64,000 nt of DNA from an uncultured Poribacteria bacterium (GTDB lineage: Bacteria > Poribacteria > WGA-4E > WGA-3G). Below are positions 58,727 to 64,000 of this stretch, piece by piece (the stretch's first letter is position 1; every line of letters begins with the position of its first letter). Under the pieces are notes generated by a model that saw only the letters and a program-made list of their open reading frames with translations, was not told where the DNA came from and did not search any database. Position numbers and translations under genes: made by a program. Location: contig CATQHZ020000001.1 in the NCBI GenBank assembly GCA_958296135.2, positions 3,392,001 through 3,456,000 on the forward strand, written 5' to 3'.

Positions 58727-60894
58727 TTCTCTTCCTCCATTTTCGGGTGGAGTCTGAAATGCGCACCCTTTTCAGATTCCAAGACTTTCAGTTTAAGCCC
58801 GTTTCGTTCCGCGGCTTCACCAGCTATCGCCAATCCCAAACCCGTTCCGTCTGGTTTAGTAGAAAAATGGGGCTCAAAGATTACTTCACTTTCAATGTGA
58901 TTTGGTTCAATTCCTGGGCCGGTGTCGCGATAGTCAATATGAATCAAGGAATCTCCTACCGTCAAGAGTTCAATGCGGATTTTCCTCTTGGGCACATTTT
59001 TCTCACGCATCCAATAAAGGCTATTATCAACAAGATTCGTGAAAATCGCATAGATATCCTGATGCCACGCGGAAAATCTAAAACCGCAAGGATCTATAAC
59101 CTCAGCAGATACATTGTGAGTCTCCATTTCGTTTTCAAAAACGGAAAGCGTGCCCTCTATCGTTTTCTTCAAATCCAACAGCTTCTTGGTGGTGCGTTTT
59201 TTCGCGGCTAGCGGGTCAAGTCTGCGGAAGAGCTCTACGAAGAGCACCGCATTCTGCCATAAGCCATCGGTAATTGAAAGAATTTCTCCAAGATTCGCCG
59301 GATCCTCGGTTTCCAAGAATATTTCAGACCAGTACTTAAGGTTCGGTATCTGGTTGCGGAAGTATCCAAGTGGGTGCCTGCCTTCATGAAGAATAACATT
59401 GATGATTTTCCCGAGGGTGGCCTGCCCTTGATAAATAGCAACAGCTTTGCGGATTTCATCAGCAGCCTTGTTTTTATCTTCCTCGTCTTGATCGATAATG
59501 TCAATAATTTTGTCAGCGGTTATTTTGTCGACCGAGCCCTTGGCGAGCTGCATACGGACGCTCCGTTTCATCTCTTCAAACGAAAAAAGCTGTTGCAGAT
59601 CTCGCTCCACTTTGATAGCAGGACGGCTCAAGCCGGCCTTTTTTCTATAATCAAAACGCCGCCATTCAAGTTCTGTTATGACTTCTGTTGTGACTTCTTT
59701 CAGCCGATCGTAAGCCGGATTTTCCTTGAGTCCGTCCCGAGCACTCTTCTCGATTAAACCAGATTGATTTTCCGGCTCAATACCCACAAACCCAATCACT
59801 TGGTTGCTGCTGATGCGCTGTGTAGGATTATTGACACGTCGGCTATCCAATTTCATCCAATCAAAGCCAGCATCCCCTAGCGGTCTAATACGGAATCCGT
59901 TCCGATAAACACCGACACCGTTGTAGGCATTCAGAGACTGCCTGGCCTGGAGTTTTCCGACATAGTTACCGGATTCATCCTTGAGACCCCGCCGGATTAG
60001 GGACTCAATGGCCTCCTTTTCACGATCGTAGACTCGGATATCAATGTCAAGTTCACCACAGCCTGTTGGGGCCGTAGTGAACTTAATCTTTTCTTCCGGT
60101 ATGTTGCGAGCTTTCTGTGAGGAATAAGTCAGCGTGCCTTTACCGTCAGCATTGATGTGCCCGGAGATTTTGTAGTCAAAGAAATCGAAAAGCGGATAGG
60201 GCTCAATAGTTTCCTCAATGTTCTTCGCATCCGGAAAGCCATCAACCGTTAAATTGATACGGAATTCGTCACCGCCGTGTCTATTGCTGAGAGAAGAAAT
60301 CGCCGGTGACTTCAGTTTCTTCAATTCTAACTGAAGTTTTTTGAAGCGTTCCTGATTCCATTCAGCAAGAAGTTCACTACCTCCGTGTATCGTGAGCCGC
60401 GTTCCCTGCATTTCAGAGACATTCTCTGTTTCAACGAGAATTTCCACATCATCCAGATACTGCGCAGACTCAAAACTACTCCACTCAAGATAGAGCGTTG
60501 TTTTCTCTCCTTCAGGAGTGACTGTTTCAAGAAGCAAATCTGTGCCGAGAACAGATGCGGCATAGCGACCTACACCTTTACTTCCCTGCAATTTTCTTCC
60601 CAGAGGACTTCTAACCCTTTCACGCTTGTCTAAGGTCGATGGCACCATCCATTTGTTGATGACATCGTCCCTAGACATGCCATGTCCGTGATCGGAAATG
60701 ACGACAGTATAACCACTACCATCGGCAGAGGCTTTGAATGCTATGTCGACATCAGGAGAATCGGCATCATAAGCATTTTTCACCAACTCAACAACAGCCG
60801 CATAATTGTCTTGAATCAGATCGCGGCCGATAGTGAAAATGTGCCGTCCTGCAGGCCGAATGGTATAGGTTGTGTCAGGCTTCATGATTACCAA
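58723..60894 (-). CDS. MORC/MutL-type GHKL ATPase fused to a histidine kinase
   Basis: N-terminal ELVKNAYDAD, DHGHGM, GSKGVGR; VYRNGFRIRP; H-box LHEGRHP, NLVDNS, DTGPGI, FSTKPDGTGLGL. Confidence 0.88.
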   Translation of the reverse strand: MVIMKPDTTYTIRPAGRHIFTIGRDLIQDNYAAVVELVKNAYDADSPDVDIAFKASADGSGYTVVISDHGHGMSRDDVINKWMVPSTLDKRERVRSPLGRKLQGSKGVGRYAASVLGTDLLLETVTPEGEKTTLYLEWSSFESAQYLDDVEILVETENVSEMQGTRLTIHGGSELLAEWNQERFKKLQLELKKLKSPAISSLSNRHGGDEFRINLTVDGFPDAKNIEETIEPYPLFDFFDYKISGHINADGKGTLTYSSQKARNIPEEKIKFTTAPTGCGELDIDIRVYDREKEAIESLIRRGLKDESGNYVGKLQARQSLNAYNGVGVYRNGFRIRPLGDAGFDWMKLDSRRVNNPTQRISSNQVIGFVGIEPENQSGLIEKSARDGLKENPAYDRLKEVTTEVITELEWRRFDYRKKAGLSRPAIKVERDLQQLFSFEEMKRSVRMQLAKGSVDKITADKIIDIIDQDEEDKNKAADEIRKAVAIYQGQATLGKIINVILHEGRHPLGYFRNQIPNLKYWSEIFLETEDPANLGEILSITDGLWQNAVLFVELFRRLDPLAAKKRTTKKLLDLKKTIEGTLSVFENEMETHNVSAEVIDPCGFRFSAWHQDIYAIFTNLVDNSLYWMREKNVPKRKIRIELLTVGDSLIHIDYRDTGPGIEPNHIESEVIFEPHFSTKPDGTGLGLAIAGEAAERNGLKLKVLESEKGAHFRLHPKMEEEK

Positions 60895-62147
60895 TTCTCC
60901 CGCAATTTTTCCGCGATTTTTTGGGCAAGAATCACGGGAACTGCATTCCCAATTTGACGGTAAGCCGGTGTCCGATAAGGTTTGCCACTCTCGCTCTCGA
61001 AGTAATAGTCATCAGGAAATGTCTGCAGCCTCGCCGCTTCCCTCGGAGTGAGAGAACGATTCTGCTTAATATCCGGATGAATATAATAGTGGCCATCCAT
61101 CGCAATATGGGCGACGACGGTATGCGAGAACGGCAAATCTCCAGCGACAACCTTGAATCGGTTCACGAACGTTTCTCGGTTACGATGCGTTTTCAGTTCG
61201 TCAGGAAGATCGGTATATTTAAGGCGAACCTGTCCATCTTCCCAAAGGGTTACCGCTCTTCTATAAATCTCAAGATCGCGTTCGTTGTTGTAACGCGCCT
61301 GATGCAATGTCACCGGAAGTCCATCGTTTCGTATCCCTGCACCATATAACCATGCACTCTCACATGAATTCAGATCGCAAGGTCCTGCATCCCCTTCGCC
61401 GGCTTTGATAGGCGGCAAGTCCGAGAGAATGTCTTTCACGAAAATCTCTGGCGGACACATCTGTGGCTCTGGGTAGAAGCCACTTGATGTTCCTTTCTTG
61501 CCTACAAGAATAACTCTTTTTCGGCTTTGAGGCACCCCATAATCGTTCGCGGATAGCACCTTGCATTCGGTTTCATAACCTGCATCGCGGAATACAGATT
61601 GCATGCGGGATAAATAGGAATTCCCCTCTTCATCCTTGGCAGAACAAAGGCCCGGCACATTCTCAAACACGAAATACGCAGGCTCGTATCTTTTCAAGAA
61701 CTCAGCATAGAAAAGATATAGAGTATTCCGCTTATCTCCTTTCATCCGGTTCTGAGAACGCGCGCGGCCGATAACCGAATAGGTTTGACAAGGCGGCCCT
61801 CCAATAATCAGATCGAGTCTTTCGCCACCGAGTCGTTTATCAATTTGACAGAAAATATCCGTGAGGGTCGCCTCAGCAATTTCGTCGTTGATAACCGATT
61901 GGATGAGCTCTTCCGGAACCCGACTGTATAATTCAGAGCGACTCATCCGGTCTTCCAGATAAGCGGCATAGTGCTCTTCTTGACCTTCTCTCCTCAGCCA
62001 ATGATATGCCATCCGGGTACGGAGCGTAAAGCAAGCAGCCGCATCCATCTCCACATGCGCGATAGGGTGAAATCCGGCACGAATGAATCCTTCAGAAAGC
62101 CCGCCAGCACCGGCGAAAAGATCCAGAAAACTCAGTTCGCTGCTCAT
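60888..62147 (-). CDS. dcm: C5-cytosine DNA methyltransferase
   Basis: DLFAGAGG, GGPPCQ, ENVPG, QSRKRV, REAARLQTFP, QIGNAVP. Confidence 0.95.
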   Translation of the reverse strand: MSSELSFLDLFAGAGGLSEGFIRAGFHPIAHVEMDAAACFTLRTRMAYHWLRREGQEEHYAAYLEDRMSRSELYSRVPEELIQSVINDEIAEATLTDIFCQIDKRLGGERLDLIIGGPPCQTYSVIGRARSQNRMKGDKRNTLYLFYAEFLKRYEPAYFVFENVPGLCSAKDEEGNSYLSRMQSVFRDAGYETECKVLSANDYGVPQSRKRVILVGKKGTSSGFYPEPQMCPPEIFVKDILSDLPPIKAGEGDAGPCDLNSCESAWLYGAGIRNDGLPVTLHQARYNNERDLEIYRRAVTLWEDGQVRLKYTDLPDELKTHRNRETFVNRFKVVAGDLPFSHTVVAHIAMDGHYYIHPDIKQNRSLTPREAARLQTFPDDYYFESESGKPYRTPAYRQIGNAVPVILAQKIAEKLRENW

Positions 62148-62304
62148 AACAATTTACTCCAATTCGATGCATTTAGCACAATCTCGTTCAAACGCCGCCA
62201 AAATCAACCTGAATGAAGTCGTCTACGGCCATTCAGTTTTAAGTGGCTGTCCCGCGATAGCGAGGGCAGACGCTATATCCAATCCTCCGCGGTTTCAGAA
62301 CAAA

Positions 62305-62753
62305 GAAACTCGCCAGAATTGCAGTGTCGATTTTCAAGGAAACCTCAACCCTGCAAGTTGACTGCCGCTGTCTTTGGGTTACGTGCTTGGCCGCTCACAA
62401 GTCCGTGCGTACCTCCTTACCAAATCCGATGCGATGTGTGAATCCAAGTGCCTCGGTAATCCGAGTGCCGCCTAACACATGCCGACGGTGCCACGAACCC
62501 GTGCACCTCACACAACGCATTTACCTCATGGATGAACTCTCTGAAGTTGCAACGTCAAGTCTCCACTCTCGTGCGTTGCAAGTTGACTGCCTCCGTCACT
62601 GAGCTACGTGTTTGGATGCACGCACAAACAGCGCGTCATCCCTTACCTAAAACGATGCGGTGTGTGATTTCATGCACCTTGATAGCCCGAGTGTAACCTA
62701 GCGTAGGTTTCCGACGTTTCCACGAACCGGCGCGATTCACACAACGCATTTAC
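62305..62753 (+). ncRNA. Tandem pair of ~225-bp structured non-coding units, family unknown
   Basis: Shared blocks gcaagttgactgcc (62353 and 62578), tacgtg, cttacc, cgatgcgNtgtgtga, ccgagtg, ccgacg, ccacgaacc, tcacacaacgcatttac; stems are conserved with compensatory changes. Strand inferred from G-U pairs. Confidence 0.55.
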
Positions 62754-62896
62754 TAACGACAAGAACGATTCAGTTCTCCCCGGGAGGAGAGCCCCCCGGG
62801 TCTTGATGGGTACGGTATCGGGATACGGATGTCCCGCCCACCGGTGAAAATGGCGTTCGCACTAAAACTGAATGTCTCTGACCTAACGACACACTA

Positions 62897-62925
62897 ATTA
62901 TACCACAAAATTAAGCGCAAGTCTA
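62897..62925 (-). promoter_or_regulatory. Sigma70-like promoter pointing toward the repeats and dcm
   Basis: Minus strand TAGACT-N17-TATAAT with extended TG. Confidence 0.5.
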
Positions 62926-63100
62926 AAAAAACGTTTTAGCACAAATGCTATCGACAACGTCTTACATAGAATACCACAAAAAACAAAAATTTGCAAACAA
63001 AATTCGGAAAGCCTTCAAAGTCGGTTCACCAATCGGCTTGGACTCAAATGTTCATTAAGGCGAGGGACAGCTCCTCGCCCTACAGTGATATGAACATCAC

Positions 63101-64000
63101 TTAATGAATAATCTTAACACTCAACAGCGGACTATCCTGCTCAAACAACTTACCGTTAATCGTCGCAGTGCCACGGAAAGTAAACGTGTAGGTACCCGGC
63201 TCTAAAGAACCAAGTGCCTGCAACGGTACCTTGACTTCGGTTTCGTTCGCCGGGAGCGTCGCGACGGAAGTGGTGATACCTTCCGGTAAATCCATCGGCG
63301 TAAGCGTGACAGCATCCGTAAAACCGCCTTGCCGCACTACCGTCAACGTCAACATCGCCTCCTTTGACAGCACAGTGTCGCTCGTATCCTCTGGCGCATT
63401 AGCAATCGCCACGGTGTCGTTTTTAACGCTGAGGCCGGAGGGTTCTCCTGCAATCGCTGTCTTTTTGGGAAAAACGATGCTAAAACGCAACGGCTCTACC
63501 GTCACGATGAAAGGTGCCTCGACGATAGTCAGCGGGATACCCGGCGTGGATTGCTTCACCGGCACGCTGTTGATAGTCGCCGTTCCTGTAACCGAAATAG
63601 AGCTAGTGCCGGGCGTTGGCACAACAGAGAACTGCTCTCTTCGCTCAAAACTCCCGGCTTTAATGGTGAGCATCGCTTCGGTTGCGCCTTCCGCGAGCGT
63701 CACAGGCGCAGCGGTAACACGGTTCGGCAGCCCAACTACGGATAATGCAATCGGACCGGCAAAGCCGCCCCTGCGGTTCGCACTTACGTGAATGTCAACG
63801 GATTTGTTGTGGACAACGCTTAAGCCTATCTCGGCCAACGTCAACGTGAATTGCGGCGCGCCCATCACCGTGAGCAGAATCGGATCCGGCGCAGCGGTAC
63901 GTTCTATCTGTTGATTACCAACAGCACAGACTCCGACAATCGAGAGCGGCATGAGCCCAAGCGGCGCATCCCACGGCGCAGTTACCGTGAGCAACACCCG
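63101..64000 (-). CDS. C-terminal part of a large protein with repeated Ig-like domains (5'-partial)
   Basis: Repeats R.GGF.G.I.LSV.GLP..VT and RQGGFTDAVTLT..DLPEGIT; the ORF runs off the window. Confidence 0.75.
   Translation of the reverse strand, partial: RVLLTVTAPWDAPLGLMPLSIVGVCAVGNQQIERTAAPDPILLTVMGAPQFTLTLAEIGLSVVHNKSVDIHVSANRRGGFAGPIALSVVGLPNRVTAAPVTLAEGATEAMLTIKAGSFERREQFSVVPTPGTSSISVTGTATINSVPVKQSTPGIPLTIVEAPFIVTVEPLRFSIVFPKKTAIAGEPSGLSVKNDTVAIANAPEDTSDTVLSKEAMLTLTVVRQGGFTDAVTLTPMDLPEGITTSVATLPANETEVKVPLQALGSLEPGTYTFTFRGTATINGKLFEQDSPLLSVKIIH

Noticed and set aside
62305-62753. Tandem glycine/cobalamin/lysine riboswitch, T-box or tRNA identity for the repeats
   Set aside because: The diagnostic conserved motifs of these families were not found on either strand by eye.

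Overview
Bacterial chromosome segment, very probably Candidatus Poribacteria (inference from WD40/TPR/PhyH/DUF4838/PQQ-propeller proteins, secreted proteins ending in V-E-x-x-G-K-L/I-x-T-T-W-x-K, and dense GTAG/GTAA REP-like palindromes). About 1-29 kb is a mixed housekeeping/accessory region: hppA, ilvD, WD40 and TPR proteins, rfbB, a decayed mod fragment and relE fragment, an AKR, secreted GSDD-domain proteins, a VWA protein, a CYTH protein and yraN. About 29.8-55.6 kb is one co-oriented minus-strand respiratory supercluster: Rieske, split cytochrome b6/subunit IV, an octaheme cytochrome c, a CydA-like (bd-like) subunit without CydB plus three membrane c-cytochromes (one fused to an EbdC/NxrC-type domain), two amicyanin-like cupredoxin proteins, an ABC transporter, an A1-type aa3 oxidase with ctaA/ctaB/SCO, and a USP-PCP_red-rubredoxin fusion. 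About 55.8-62.9 kb is a methylation/defence island: an orphan type III mod gene switched off by a G9 tract (G10 restores the frame), a Dcm + MORC-type-GHKL/histidine kinase + response regulator module, and upstream of it a tandem pair of ~225-bp covarying structured non-coding units of unknown family. No rRNA, tRNA, CRISPR array or intact transposase was seen. All calls are from reading motifs; no searches were run.
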